A stretch of DNA of 64,000 nucleotides from the NCBI RefSeq assembly GCF_053078305.1, contig NZ_CP166879.1; one strand, 5' to 3'. The notes beneath the pieces were generated by a model. It made no database searches. It was not told where the DNA came from and worked only from the letters and a program-made list of their open reading frames with translations. Shown here one piece after another: positions 25,410-44,971 of the stretch; within the stretch, counting starts at the first letter, position 1; the number at the start of each line of letters is the position of its first letter. The position numbers and the translations under genes were made by a program.

Positions 25410-28037
25410 ATGAGCGACCTTGCGAGAGAAATTACACCGGTCAACATTGAGGAAGAGCTGAAGAGCTCATATCTGGATTATGCGATGTCGGTCATTGTTG
25501 GCCGTGCGCTGCCAGATGTCCGAGATGGCCTGAAGCCGGTACACCGTCGCGTACTTTACGCCATGAACGTACTAGGCAATGACTGGAACAAAGCCTATAA
25601 AAAATCTGCCCGTGTCGTTGGTGACGTAATCGGTAAATACCATCCCCATGGTGACTCGGCGGTTTATGACACGATCGTCCGTATGGCGCAGCCATTCTCG
25701 CTGCGTTACATGCTGGTAGACGGTCAGGGTAACTTCGGTTCCATCGACGGCGACTCTGCGGCGGCAATGCGTTATACGGAAATCCGTCTGGCGAAAATTG
25801 CCCATGAACTGATGGCCGATCTCGAAAAAGAGACGGTCGATTTCGTTGATAACTATGACGGCACGGAAAAAATTCCCGACGTCATGCCAACCAAAATTCC
25901 TAACCTGCTGGTGAACGGTTCTTCCGGTATCGCCGTAGGTATGGCAACCAACATCCCGCCGCACAACCTGACGGAAGTCATCAACGGTTGTCTGGCGTAT
26001 ATCGATGATGAAGACATCAGCATTGAAGGGCTGATGGAACACATCCCGGGGCCGGACTTCCCGACGGCGGCAATCATTAACGGTCGTCGCGGTATTGAAG
26101 AAGCTTACCGTACCGGTCGCGGCAAGGTATATATCCGCGCCCGTGCTGAAGTGGAAGTTGACGCCAAAACCGGACGTGAAACCATTATCGTCCACGAAAT
26201 TCCGTATCAGGTAAACAAAGCGCGCCTGATCGAGAAGATTGCGGAACTGGTAAAAGAAAAACGCGTGGAAGGCATCAGCGCGCTGCGTGACGAGTCTGAC
26301 AAAGACGGTATGCGCATCGTGATTGAAGTGAAACGCGATGCGGTCGGTGAAGTTGTGCTCAACAACCTCTACTCCCAGACCCAGTTGCAGGTTTCTTTCG
26401 GTATCAACATGGTGGCATTGCACCATGGTCAGCCGAAGATCATGAACCTGAAAGACATCATCGCGGCGTTTGTTCGTCACCGCCGTGAAGTGGTGACCCG
26501 TCGTACTATTTTCGAACTGCGTAAAGCTCGCGATCGTGCTCATATCCTTGAAGCATTAGCCGTGGCGCTGGCGAACATCGACCCGATCATCGAACTGATC
26601 CGTCATGCGCCGACGCCTGCAGAAGCGAAAACTGCGCTGGTTGCTAATCCGTGGCAGCTGGGCAACGTTGCCGCGATGCTCGAACGTGCGGGCGACGATG
26701 CTGCGCGTCCGGAATGGCTGGAGCCAGAGTTCGGCGTGCGCGATGGTCTGTACTACCTGACCGAACAGCAAGCTCAGGCGATTCTGGATCTGCGTTTGCA
26801 GAAACTGACCGGCCTTGAGCACGAAAAACTGCTCGACGAATACAAAGAGCTGCTGGATCAGATCGCGGAACTGCTGCGTATTCTTGGTAGCGCCGATCGT
26901 CTGATGGAAGTGATCCGTGAAGAGCTGGAGCTGGTTCGTGAACAGTTCGGTGATAAACGCCGCACTGAAATCACCGCCAACAGCGCAGACATCAACCTGG
27001 AAGATCTGATCACTCAGGAAGATGTGGTCGTGACGCTCTCTCACCAGGGCTACGTTAAGTATCAGCCGCTTTCTGAATACGAAGCGCAGCGTCGTGGCGG
27101 GAAAGGTAAATCTGCCGCACGTATTAAAGAAGAAGACTTTATCGACCGACTGCTGGTGGCGAATACCCACGACCATATTCTGTGCTTCTCCAGCCGTGGT
27201 CGCGTCTATTCGATGAAAGTTTACCAGTTGCCGGAAGCCACTCGTGGCGCGCGCGGTCGTCCGATCGTCAACCTGCTGCCGCTGGAGCAGGACGAGCGTA
27301 TTACCGCTATCCTGCCGGTGACCGAGTTTGAAGAAGGCGTGAAAGTCTTCATGGCGACTGCTAACGGTACTGTGAAGAAAACCGTCCTCACCGAATTCAA
27401 CCGTCTGCGTACCGCCGGTAAAGTGGCGATCAAACTGGTTGAAGGCGATGAGCTGATCGGCGTTGACCTGACCAGCGGCGAAGACGAAGTAATGCTGTTC
27501 TCCGCCGAAGGTAAAGTGGTGCGCTTTAAAGAGTCTTCTGTCCGTGCGATGGGCTGCAACACCACCGGTGTTCGCGGTATTCGTTTAGGCGAAGGTGATA
27601 AAGTCGTCTCTTTGATCGTGCCTCGTGGCGATGGCGCAATCCTCACCGCAACGCAGAACGGTTATGGTAAACGTACCGCAGTGGCGGAATACCCGACTAA
27701 GTCGCGTGCGACGAAAGGGGTTATCTCCATCAAGGTTACCGAACGTAACGGTTTAGTTGTTGGCGCGGTGCAGGTAGATGACTGCGACCAGATCATGATG
27801 ATCACCGATGCCGGTACGCTGGTACGTACTCGCGTTTCGGAAATCAGCATCGTGGGCCGTAACACCCAGGGCGTAATCCTCATCCGTACTGCGGAAGATG
27901 AAAACGTGGTGGGTCTGCAACGCGTGGCTGAACCGGTTGACGAGGAAGATCTGGACACCATCGATGGCAGTGCTGCGGAAGGAGACGACGAAATCGCTCC
28001 GGAAGTGGACGTTGACGACGAGCCAGAAGAAGAATAA
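25410..28037 (+). CDS. gyrA: DNA gyrase subunit A
   Basis: 875 aa, recognised as GyrA. The QRDR reads [11 protein letters not shown], so Ser83 and Asp87 are wild type. Acidic C-terminal tail. Confidence 0.98.
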   Translation: MSDLAREITPVNIEEELKSSYLDYAMSVIVGRALPDVRDGLKPVHRRVLYAMNVLGNDWNKAYKKSARVVGDVIGKYHPHGDSAVYDTIVRMAQPFSLRYMLVDGQGNFGSIDGDSAAAMRYTEIRLAKIAHELMADLEKETVDFVDNYDGTEKIPDVMPTKIPNLLVNGSSGIAVGMATNIPPHNLTEVINGCLAYIDDEDISIEGLMEHIPGPDFPTAAIINGRRGIEEAYRTGRGKVYIRARAEVEVDAKTGRETIIVHEIPYQVNKARLIEKIAELVKEKRVEGISALRDESDKDGMRIVIEVKRDAVGEVVLNNLYSQTQLQVSFGINMVALHHGQPKIMNLKDIIAAFVRHRREVVTRRTIFELRKARDRAHILEALAVALANIDPIIELIRHAPTPAEAKTALVANPWQLGNVAAMLERAGDDAARPEWLEPEFGVRDGLYYLTEQQAQAILDLRLQKLTGLEHEKLLDEYKELLDQIAELLRILGSADRLMEVIREELELVREQFGDKRRTEITANSADINLEDLITQEDVVVTLSHQGYVKYQPLSEYEAQRRGGKGKSAARIKEEDFIDRLLVANTHDHILCFSSRGRVYSMKVYQLPEATRGARGRPIVNLLPLEQDERITAILPVTEFEEGVKVFMATANGTVKKTVLTEFNRLRTAGKVAIKLVEGDELIGVDLTSGEDEVMLFSAEGKVVRFKESSVRAMGCNTTGVRGIRLGEGDKVVSLIVPRGDGAILTATQNGYGKRTAVAEYPTKSRATKGVISIKVTERNGLVVGAVQVDDCDQIMMITDAGTLVRTRVSEISIVGRNTQGVILIRTAEDENVVGLQRVAEPVDEEDLDTIDGSAAEGDDEIAPEVDVDDEPEEE

Positions 28038-28084
28038 TTTTACTTCTTCATGCCAAAAGGGAGCTATCTCCCTTGTTTGAATTG

Positions 28085-28114
28085 AAAAGTCCAGGCTGCA
28101 AAGTCTGGGCTTTT
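28085..28114 (+). terminator. Intrinsic terminator after gyrA
   Basis: AAAAGTCCAG / CTGGGCTTTT 10-bp stem (one G-U pair) with a 10-nt loop. The T-run lies within and after the 3' arm. Confidence 0.55.
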
Positions 28115-28185
28115 GTCGTATTAGGGCGCGGTAAAGTTTGGCTGTGTCCGTAAAAAATGGCTGGCTATACACAAGGAATGTGGCA

Positions 28186-35032
<6,847 letters not shown>

Positions 35033-36682
35033 GTGAACTGGCGCAGAATCGTCTGGCTATTGGCGTTGGTTACTCTGCCAACGCTTGCGGAGGAGACGCC
35101 GTTACAACTGGTGCTGCGCGGTGCGCAGCACGATCAACTGTATCAGCTGTCGTCATCAGGCGTGACCAAAGTCTCAGCATTACCTGACTCGCTCACCACG
35201 CCGTTAGGGAGTTTGTGGAAACTGTATGTTTACGCCTGGCTGGAGGATACCCATCAACCGGAGCAGCCCTACCAGTGTCGCGGAAACTCCCCGGAAGAGG
35301 TTTATTGTTGTCAGGCTGGGGAGAGCATAACGCGCGATACCGCGCTGGTACGTTCCTGTGGGCTCTATTTTGCGCCGCAGCGGTTGCATATTGGCGCAGA
35401 TGTGTGGGGGCAATACTGGCAACAGCGTCAGGCACCTGCGTGGTTAGCGTCTCTTACTACGCTGAAGCCAGAAACCTCGGTAACGGTTAAATCGCTGCTT
35501 GATTCATTAGCGACGTTACCTGCGCAAAACACAGCTCAGGAAGTCTTACTGGAAGTGGTGCTGGACGAGGCGAAAATCGGTGTCGCATCCATGCTCGGTA
35601 GTCGGGTACGGGTGAAAACCTGGAGCTGGTTTGCCGATGATAAACAGGAAATCCGTCAGGGTGGTTTTGCTGGCTGGTTAACCGATGGTACACCGCTGTG
35701 GGTTACTGGCAGTGGCACCAGCAAAACGGTACTGACCCGTTATGCGACGGTGCTTAATCGGGTTTTGCCAGTGCCGACGCAAGTTGCCAGTGGGCAATGT
35801 GTAAAGGTGGAGCTGTTTGCCCGCTATCCGCTGAAGAAAATCACAGCGGAAAAGAGTACGACGGCAGTAAAACCCGGCGTACTTAATGGGCGCTATCGTG
35901 TGACGTTTACTAATGGTAACCACATTACGTTTGTCAGCCACGGTGAGACGACCTTACTGAGCGAAAAGGGCAAACTGAAATTGCAGTCGCATCTTGATCG
36001 TGAAGAGTACGTTGCCAGAGTTCTGGATCGCGAGGCGAAAAGTACGCCCCCTGAGGCAGCGAAAGCCATGACCGTGGCGATTCGCACTTTTTTACAGCAA
36101 AACGCCAATCGGGAAGGCGATTGCCTGACCATCCCTGACAGCAGCGCCACGCAGCGTGTTTCTGCTTCGCCAGCTACCACGGGGGCGCGAACGATGACCG
36201 CCTGGACGCAGGATCTCATCTATGCGGGCGATCCGGTTCATTATCACGGCAGTCGCGCTACCGAAGGGACGCTTTCCTGGCGGCAAGCCACGGCCCAGGC
36301 GGGACGGGGAGAGCGTTACGACCAGATACTCGCGTTTGCTTATCCCGACAACAGCCTTAGCCGCTGGGGAGCGCCACGCTCAACCTGTCAGTTATTACCC
36401 AAAGCGAAAGCCTGGCTGGCGAAAAAAATGCCGCAGTGGCGGCGTATATTACAAGGCGAGACGGGGTACAACGAACCAGACGTGTTTGCGGTCTGTCGTT
36501 TAGTCTCAGGTTTCCCCTATACCGATCGGCAGCAGAAACGGCTGTTTATTCGTAACTTCTTTACGCTTCAGGATCGGCTGGATTTAACCCATGAGTATCT
36601 GCACCTGGCCTTTGATGGTTATCCCACCGGGCTTGATGAGAACTATATCGAAACGCTGACCCGACAATTATTAATGGACTAA
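35033..36682 (+). CDS. yfaQ: YfaQ (DUF2300 family)
   Basis: 549 aa. A GTG start directly abuts the yfaS stop. Signal peptide MNWRRIVWLLALVTLPTLA. Confidence 0.8.
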   Translation: MNWRRIVWLLALVTLPTLAEETPLQLVLRGAQHDQLYQLSSSGVTKVSALPDSLTTPLGSLWKLYVYAWLEDTHQPEQPYQCRGNSPEEVYCCQAGESITRDTALVRSCGLYFAPQRLHIGADVWGQYWQQRQAPAWLASLTTLKPETSVTVKSLLDSLATLPAQNTAQEVLLEVVLDEAKIGVASMLGSRVRVKTWSWFADDKQEIRQGGFAGWLTDGTPLWVTGSGTSKTVLTRYATVLNRVLPVPTQVASGQCVKVELFARYPLKKITAEKSTTAVKPGVLNGRYRVTFTNGNHITFVSHGETTLLSEKGKLKLQSHLDREEYVARVLDREAKSTPPEAAKAMTVAIRTFLQQNANREGDCLTIPDSSATQRVSASPATTGARTMTAWTQDLIYAGDPVHYHGSRATEGTLSWRQATAQAGRGERYDQILAFAYPDNSLSRWGAPRSTCQLLPKAKAWLAKKMPQWRRILQGETGYNEPDVFAVCRLVSGFPYTDRQQKRLFIRNFFTLQDRLDLTHEYLHLAFDGYPTGLDENYIETLTRQLLMD

Positions 36683-36686
36683 TGCT

Positions 36687-37463
36687 ATGCGAAAGATTTT
36701 TCTTCCGTTGTTACTGGTGGCGCTTTCGCCTGTCGCTCACAGTGAAGGTGTGCAGGAAGTCGAGATTGACGCACCGCTCTCAGGCTGGCATCCGGCAGAG
36801 GGCGAAGATGCCAGTTTTTCACAATCGATCAATTACCCGGCGTCGTCCGTCAACATGGCAGATGATCAAAATATCTCAGCGCAGATCCGCGGAAAAATAA
36901 AGAATTATGCTGCGGCGGGTAAAGTTCAGCAGGGCCGGCTGGTGGTCAACGGTGCCAGTATGCCGCAGAGAATTGAATCCGATGGTTCATTTGCACGCCC
37001 TTATATTTTCACTGAAGGCAGCAACAGCGTGCAGGTCATCAGCCCGGATGGGCAAAGCCGACAAAAAATGCAGTTTTACTCAACGCCGGGTACAGGAACG
37101 ATTCGTGCACGTTTACGGCTGGTTCTCTCGTGGGATACGGACAATACCGATCTCGATCTCCATGTTGTCACGCCCGATGGAGAACACGCCTGGTACGGTA
37201 ACACCGTGCTGAAAAACAGTGGTGCACTGGATATGGATGTCACGACGGGGTATGGACCCGAGATTTTCGCCATGCCAGCGCCAGTTCACGGACGCTATCA
37301 GGTGTATATCAACTACTATGGCGGACGCAGCGAAACGGAATTAACCACCGCCCAACTGACGCTGATCACCGATGAAGGATCGGTCAATGAGAAACAGGAA
37401 ACATTTATTGTACCGATGCGTAATGCTGGCGAGCTGACGCTGGTGAAAAGTTTTGACTGGTGA
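36687..37463 (+). CDS. yfaP: YfaP (DUF2135 family)
   Basis: 258 aa with the signal peptide MRKIFLPLLLVALSPVAHS. It is the last gene of the operon. Confidence 0.8.
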   Translation: MRKIFLPLLLVALSPVAHSEGVQEVEIDAPLSGWHPAEGEDASFSQSINYPASSVNMADDQNISAQIRGKIKNYAAAGKVQQGRLVVNGASMPQRIESDGSFARPYIFTEGSNSVQVISPDGQSRQKMQFYSTPGTGTIRARLRLVLSWDTDNTDLDLHVVTPDGEHAWYGNTVLKNSGALDMDVTTGYGPEIFAMPAPVHGRYQVYINYYGGRSETELTTAQLTLITDEGSVNEKQETFIVPMRNAGELTLVKSFDW

Positions 37464-37517
37464 TCCATCCCTTCACACAACCTGGCTCTTTCTTTTTTCA
37501 GATAAGACTGCTGGGCG

Positions 37518-37578
37518 ATCTGCCGACGCCAGGATATAACCATTAACAAGCGTCGGCAGATTGGTCATTTCTTATTTT
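37518..37578 (+). terminator. 12-bp perfect inverted repeat plus T-rich tail downstream of yfaP
   Basis: ATCTGCCGACGC (37518-37529) and GCGTCGGCAGAT (37550-37561) with a 20-nt loop, followed by TGGTCATTTCTTATTTTT. Confidence 0.45.
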
Positions 37579-37737
37579 TCGTACTGAGAACTGTCCATTT
37601 ACTCCGGCTTTCCTGGTTAAGGCAATGGTTTCTAAGCGATACGCATTATTGCAATGGTGACAGAACATTGCGGTAACACGCTTTTACCGCTACCTTAACC
37701 ACACTCCATCGGTCACCTGAGGCGGAGCTTCGCCCCT

Positions 37738-40782
<3,045 letters not shown>

Positions 40783-40786
40783 GTGA

Positions 40787-41437
40787 TTAGTCTTTATCTG
40801 CCGGACTTAAGGTCACAGAAGAGAGATAATTCAGCAGGGCGATATCGTTCTCGACACCCAGCTTCATCATCGCAGATTTCTTCTGGCTACTGATGGTTTT
40901 AATACTGCGGTTCAGCTTTTTAGCGATCTCGGTCACCAGGAAGCCTTCCGCAAACAGGCGCAGAACTTCACTCTCTTTTGGCGAGAGACGCTTGTCACCG
41001 TAACCACCAGCACTGATTTTTTCCAACAGGCGAGAAACGCTTTCCGGGGTAAATTTCTTCCCTTTCTGCAGCGCGGCGAGAGCTTTCGGCAGATCGGTCG
41101 GTGCACCTTGTTTCAGCACGATCCCTTCGATATCCAGATCCAATACCGCACTAAGAATCGCCGGGTTGTTGTTCATGGTCAGAACAATGATCGACAGGCT
41201 TGGGAAATGGCGCTTGATGTACTTGATTAAGGTAATGCCATCGCCGTACTTATCGCCAGGCATGGAGAGATCGGTAATCAACACATGCGCATCCAGTTTC
41301 GGCAGGTTGTTGATCAGTGCTGTAGAGTCTTCAAATTCGCCGACAACATTCACCCACTCAATTTGCTCAAGTGATTTGCGAATACCGAACAAGACTATCG
41401 GATGGTCATCGGCAATAATTACGTTCATATTGTTCAT
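40787..41437 (-). CDS. rcsB: Rcs phosphorelay response regulator (LuxR/FixJ-type HTH)
   Basis: 216 aa, MNNMNVIIADDHPIVLFGIRKSL. Recognised as RcsB. Confidence 0.96.
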   Translation of the reverse strand: MNNMNVIIADDHPIVLFGIRKSLEQIEWVNVVGEFEDSTALINNLPKLDAHVLITDLSMPGDKYGDGITLIKYIKRHFPSLSIIVLTMNNNPAILSAVLDLDIEGIVLKQGAPTDLPKALAALQKGKKFTPESVSRLLEKISAGGYGDKRLSPKESEVLRLFAEGFLVTEIAKKLNRSIKTISSQKKSAMMKLGVENDIALLNYLSSVTLSPADKD

Positions 41438-41481
41438 GTACTTGCACCTATGTATTAACTATTTGATTTTAAAAATATATT

Positions 41482-42771
41482 CTATGCTTTGTTTAGTCGT
41501 TGGGGCACCTGTGGGACATAAGTACATAGCTTTCTGTTTAGTACTTCTACCTGGGACTGGTTATTGTCTTTCATCCATGCACCGTAAACATTGTAAACCA
41601 TCTGGGCATTCGCATGTCCCATCTGGTTGGCTATGAAGTTTGGATTTGCTCCGGCAGTTAAAGCCCAGCAAGCATAAGTATGCCGAGACTGATACGCTTT
41701 TCTATGGCGAATTTTTGCTCGTTTTAATGCAGATTCCCATGTTCTGTTGATGGATGTTACGGCATAATGAACTCCTGAGTTACCTGTGCGATCTAATATC
41801 TGAGGATTGAAAACAAAGCTGCATGAGTGAGTGCTTGTCCGGCCATACTCTCGCAGCTTTACTTCTATCTGATATTGTTTACCAAGCCTGGTTAATGTCG
41901 CCTGATTTTTTAATACGTCAATTGCTGGCTGTATGAGTTGTATTACCCTGTTTGTTCCTGCATCTGTTTTGGGTAGTGTAAATTCCTTTGTCTGAGTGTA
42001 ATTCCTTTTGACGGTCAAGGTACCCGCTTCCAGATCGATATCCTCCCATGCTAGCCCACACAGTTCGCCATGCCGCATCCCGGTATATACAGCCAGCGAC
42101 CAGAAATTTTTAGTTTGCTGGTGGTGGCACGCATCAATCAGTCTGGCAAACTCATCTTTTGTTAGTGGATCGGGAGGTGTTTTCGCTCTTTTCAGTGATG
42201 GAAGCTCACTGAAAGGGTTTTTGCCTATATACCCATTGTTTGCCGCAAAACGGAACATCCCGGAGATAATTGTCATATAGCTATTTACAGTAGGTACACT
42301 ACGACCTTTAATAGGCTTCCTCTGATTTTTTCCTGGCAACTGATATCCCGTTAATAATTCTTTACGAAAAATGAGAACATCTTCCTGTGTAATTGATGAT
42401 GCCAGTTTGTTCCCTCCAAGGCAGTCAAGGCAATTTCGGATAGCTGATTTGTATCTGACCATGGCATTTGCTGTTATTTCCATTTTCTTAAGCTCAAGCC
42501 ATTTTTCCGAAAGTGCCTTAATGGTTATCTCTTTTTTTCCCAGACCAAAATGTTTCAGGTTAGGGGAATTAGGGAACTGCGCGGCGTAGTCGAAGCTCCC
42601 CATTCTTATTGCAAAACAAACGGAAGTGCGAAGTTCACCTGCGATCTTCCGGTTTTTGGCGGTGTCAGGAACACCGAGGTTTTCTCTGACACGTTTGCCG
42701 TTATAGTGAAACCATATGCGGAGTGATCCTCCATGGTTTTCAACGCCTGTCGGGTATGATGCGTTACTCAT
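41482..42771 (-). CDS. int: Phage integrase (tyrosine recombinase)
   Basis: 429 aa. The C-terminal catalytic region has SRHTYACWAL...GHANAQMVYNVYGAW (R, HxxR, Y). Terminal position in the prophage. Confidence 0.9.
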   Translation of the reverse strand: MSNASYPTGVENHGGSLRIWFHYNGKRVRENLGVPDTAKNRKIAGELRTSVCFAIRMGSFDYAAQFPNSPNLKHFGLGKKEITIKALSEKWLELKKMEITANAMVRYKSAIRNCLDCLGGNKLASSITQEDVLIFRKELLTGYQLPGKNQRKPIKGRSVPTVNSYMTIISGMFRFAANNGYIGKNPFSELPSLKRAKTPPDPLTKDEFARLIDACHHQQTKNFWSLAVYTGMRHGELCGLAWEDIDLEAGTLTVKRNYTQTKEFTLPKTDAGTNRVIQLIQPAIDVLKNQATLTRLGKQYQIEVKLREYGRTSTHSCSFVFNPQILDRTGNSGVHYAVTSINRTWESALKRAKIRHRKAYQSRHTYACWALTAGANPNFIANQMGHANAQMVYNVYGAWMKDNNQSQVEVLNRKLCTYVPQVPQRLNKA

Positions 42772-42804
42772 TAAACCTCCCAGACGTCCAGGAGCATTAA
42801 CAGG

Positions 42805-43059
42805 TTAACCGGAACTTGCATTTTTGGCACCTGGTTGTTTCTGGTTTTCGATCCAGCGCATAATTTCCTCAATGTTGTATACACATTCACTGAAAGGCCC
42901 GGGCTCTCCTTCTGCTGCGTAATGACGGTATTCTTTCCCCAGTAACCAGGATTTTTTTCTTGCTCTGGCAATGGTTCCTGATTTCAGTCCAGTTGCAGCA
43001 ATAAGGGTTCTTTCTGTGCACCATTTGCTGGGCGTTATCTGATAGATGATTGTTTCCAT
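42805..43059 (-). CDS. xis: Excisionase-like DNA-binding protein
   Basis: 84 aa, immediately upstream of int on the same strand. Small, basic and winged-helix-like (TGLKSGTIARARKKSWLLGKEY). Confidence 0.6.
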   Translation of the reverse strand: METIIYQITPSKWCTERTLIAATGLKSGTIARARKKSWLLGKEYRHYAAEGEPGPFSECVYNIEEIMRWIENQKQPGAKNASSG

Positions 43060-43066
43060 TCCTGAC

Positions 43067-43213
43067 TCACACTATCTTCAGGCCACGGCAGTGGCACCAC
43101 ACGTCAAACATTCGCTTTACAACTTCACGGCAGTAGAAGCCGTGAGCATCTCTGGTTAAATCGTATCGGTACCCGTATCTGAGTCGTATCCATATTTCAA
43201 ACTCGCGATTCAC
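43067..43213 (-). CDS. Small hypothetical protein (48 aa, below the ORF-track cutoff)
   Basis: My own translation. A GTG start preceded by GGAGAATAA gives VNREFEIWIRLRYGYRYDLTRDAHGFYCREVVKRMFDVWCHCRGLKIV. It fills the gap in a tightly packed operon. Confidence 0.35.
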   Translation of the reverse strand: MNREFEIWIRLRYGYRYDLTRDAHGFYCREVVKRMFDVWCHCRGLKIV

Positions 43214-43233
43214 GACTTATTCTCCTGCTGTCT

Positions 43234-43476
43234 TTATGCCAGTTCATCCGGTTGCGCTGGGGCCCAGGCCTTCCGTGGCCTGTATTTGCGGCGTTTTCTG
43301 GCTTCAATGCGTATCTTTGTCACCCTGACTGGCTTTGGTTCGTGCCGGAACACTTTGTTTCTGATATTACGCCGTGTATTCATCATCCAGATAAAACGCT
43401 GGGTATGGTCGCATCCGTCATCAACGGTAATTACTGTGCGGACCAGTTCATCGTTAATATCAACCATTTCACCCAT
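43234..43476 (-). CDS. Hypothetical early-left protein with a basic C-terminus
   Basis: 80-aa ORF whose start overlaps the stop of the upstream gene by 8 nt (operon packing). Confidence 0.45.
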   Translation of the reverse strand: MGEMVDINDELVRTVITVDDGCDHTQRFIWMMNTRRNIRNKVFRHEPKPVRVTKIRIEARKRRKYRPRKAWAPAQPDELA

Positions 43477-44371
43477 TCACTGAGCCCTCATACGCGAATT
43501 TCGTGGCTTCCATCAGTTGCGTCCATACCCATTCAAGAAATTGTGCGTTTTCTCCTGAGCGGTCATATTCATCGACGCTGCGGGGCTTGATGGTCGCCAG
43601 TAGTGGCACAATCCGGTACTTCATCTGTTCGGTTAACTTGTCCGGTACAAGTCGCCAGCCGTTATATTTCGATGGAACATGGTGGTATTCAGCCAGGAAG
43701 CGTCGTATATCGTTTTTCATTTCCTCGCATGAGTTCTGATCATGAAGTGCAGCGGAAAGCCAGCGTCCGATATATTCAGGGATTCGCACATCAAGTACTT
43801 TTTCTGCCGTCGTCAGCATTGCCTGTCGGCAGGCGTTCCAGCCGTTGACATAGTGACGTGTTGCATCCCATGAAACCTGCACATCAGGGTAAGCATCCTG
43901 TTCTGTTCTCACTGGCGGTATCTGAGGAACAGTGAATAGTGGACTGACGATATATTTATCCAGAGAGCCTCCCCGCTCTTCTGCAAGATTTTCCCACGAT
44001 GTCATTGTGGGGACCCTGTAACCTGCTTTTTTGTGCGTATACATCCATGCTACTCTGCCGTTATCATCTGCGGCGGCAATGCGCTGCCAGGCAGGATAAA
44101 GCGGGGTGTATGTTTCTCTGTCATTACGGGCGTCAGGCATGGCATCAATACTGCAAACTTCCCCCGTAAGGTTATTCAGCCAGGCCTTCGGGCTAATCTC
44201 TGACGTTACGATTTCATCCAGTTTTTTCTCCAGATTTTCTATGTGACTGATTAGCGCAAGGATAACTGGCGGAGTGGCAAGGGAGTGAAATGCTTCCAGA
44301 TCACATCCCTTGTCTCCATATACGGTATTTTGTGCGGCGTCACGCAGTGCTTTCAGATCAGCTTCTTTCAT
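43469..44371 (-). CDS. Ead/Ea22-like family protein
   Basis: 300 aa. The N-terminus MKEADLKALRDAAQ...PPVILALISHIENLEKKLDE resembles the Ead/Ea22 N-terminal module of lambdoid b-region genes. Confidence 0.5.
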   Translation of the reverse strand: MKEADLKALRDAAQNTVYGDKGCDLEAFHSLATPPVILALISHIENLEKKLDEIVTSEISPKAWLNNLTGEVCSIDAMPDARNDRETYTPLYPAWQRIAAADDNGRVAWMYTHKKAGYRVPTMTSWENLAEERGGSLDKYIVSPLFTVPQIPPVRTEQDAYPDVQVSWDATRHYVNGWNACRQAMLTTAEKVLDVRIPEYIGRWLSAALHDQNSCEEMKNDIRRFLAEYHHVPSKYNGWRLVPDKLTEQMKYRIVPLLATIKPRSVDEYDRSGENAQFLEWVWTQLMEATKFAYEGSVNG

Positions 44372-44592
44372 CGTTCAGACTCCCTTGTTGCTGTTTTGTA
44401 GGCGCGCAGGATGTCGCGTGTTTTTCCTGATAATGACGACTTAACCAGGAAAAAGCCGCTCCGGCTTTCTGTGATGTCCGGCGTGCACAGAAGTACCGCA
44501 TCAACGACACGATTATGTTTTCGCAATGTCAGGCGGGAACTGGTGATAATCAGTTTTGCCTGTTCGCCGTAATCGGTGAATGAAATAATCAT
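44368..44592 (-). CDS. Hypothetical small protein (74 aa)
   Basis: This is the 3' part of ORF 44368..44802. I prefer ATG 44592 (MIISFTDYGEQAKL) because it is preceded by GGAG and starts 16 nt after the upstream stop. The longer ORF overlaps the better-supported 44609..44971 gene. Confidence 0.5.
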   Translation of the reverse strand: MIISFTDYGEQAKLIITSSRLTLRKHNRVVDAVLLCTPDITESRSGFFLVKSSLSGKTRDILRAYKTATRESER

Positions 44593-44608
44593 CTGATGGC
44601 GATCTCCG

Positions 44609-44971
44609 TTATGAAAGTGTTCCTGCTGGTTCAATGCTGATAATTTCTGCTGCAATAAGCATACCTGCCAGCCATGCTTCGCCGAGCATGTCCTCATCCG
44701 TACATGCAAGATCACCGATCTGTATTGTGGCCATAATGTTAGTTTCACCGGTATATTCATCCTGTGCTTCTTCATACGGCAGCTCTTCATAAAGGTTTTC
44801 AATTGCGCAGGTTATTACATCCAGTCCCGTCAGATTGCCGACAACGTCCACTTCAAATGTTTCGCGGTACTCCCATTGCCCGAGTGTCAGACGAACCGTC
44901 TGTCTTGCCATGCGCCTGCATAATGTCATGTTCGGGTCGTAGTTCATGATTGCCGCAGTAGTGCTATTCAT
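44609..44971 (-). CDS. Hypothetical acidic protein
   Basis: ORF 44609..45016. I prefer Met at 44971 (MNSTTAAIMNYDPN), overlapping the upstream stop by 8 nt. Confidence 0.55.
   Translation of the reverse strand: MNSTTAAIMNYDPNMTLCRRMARQTVRLTLGQWEYRETFEVDVVGNLTGLDVITCAIENLYEELPYEEAQDEYTGETNIMATIQIGDLACTDEDMLGEAWLAGMLIAAEIISIEPAGTLS

Noticed and set aside
42771-42971. 66-aa ORF overlapping the xis gene in another frame
   Set aside because: It overlaps the better-supported 84-aa excisionase-like ORF. It has no SD, and its start coincides with the int start codon region.
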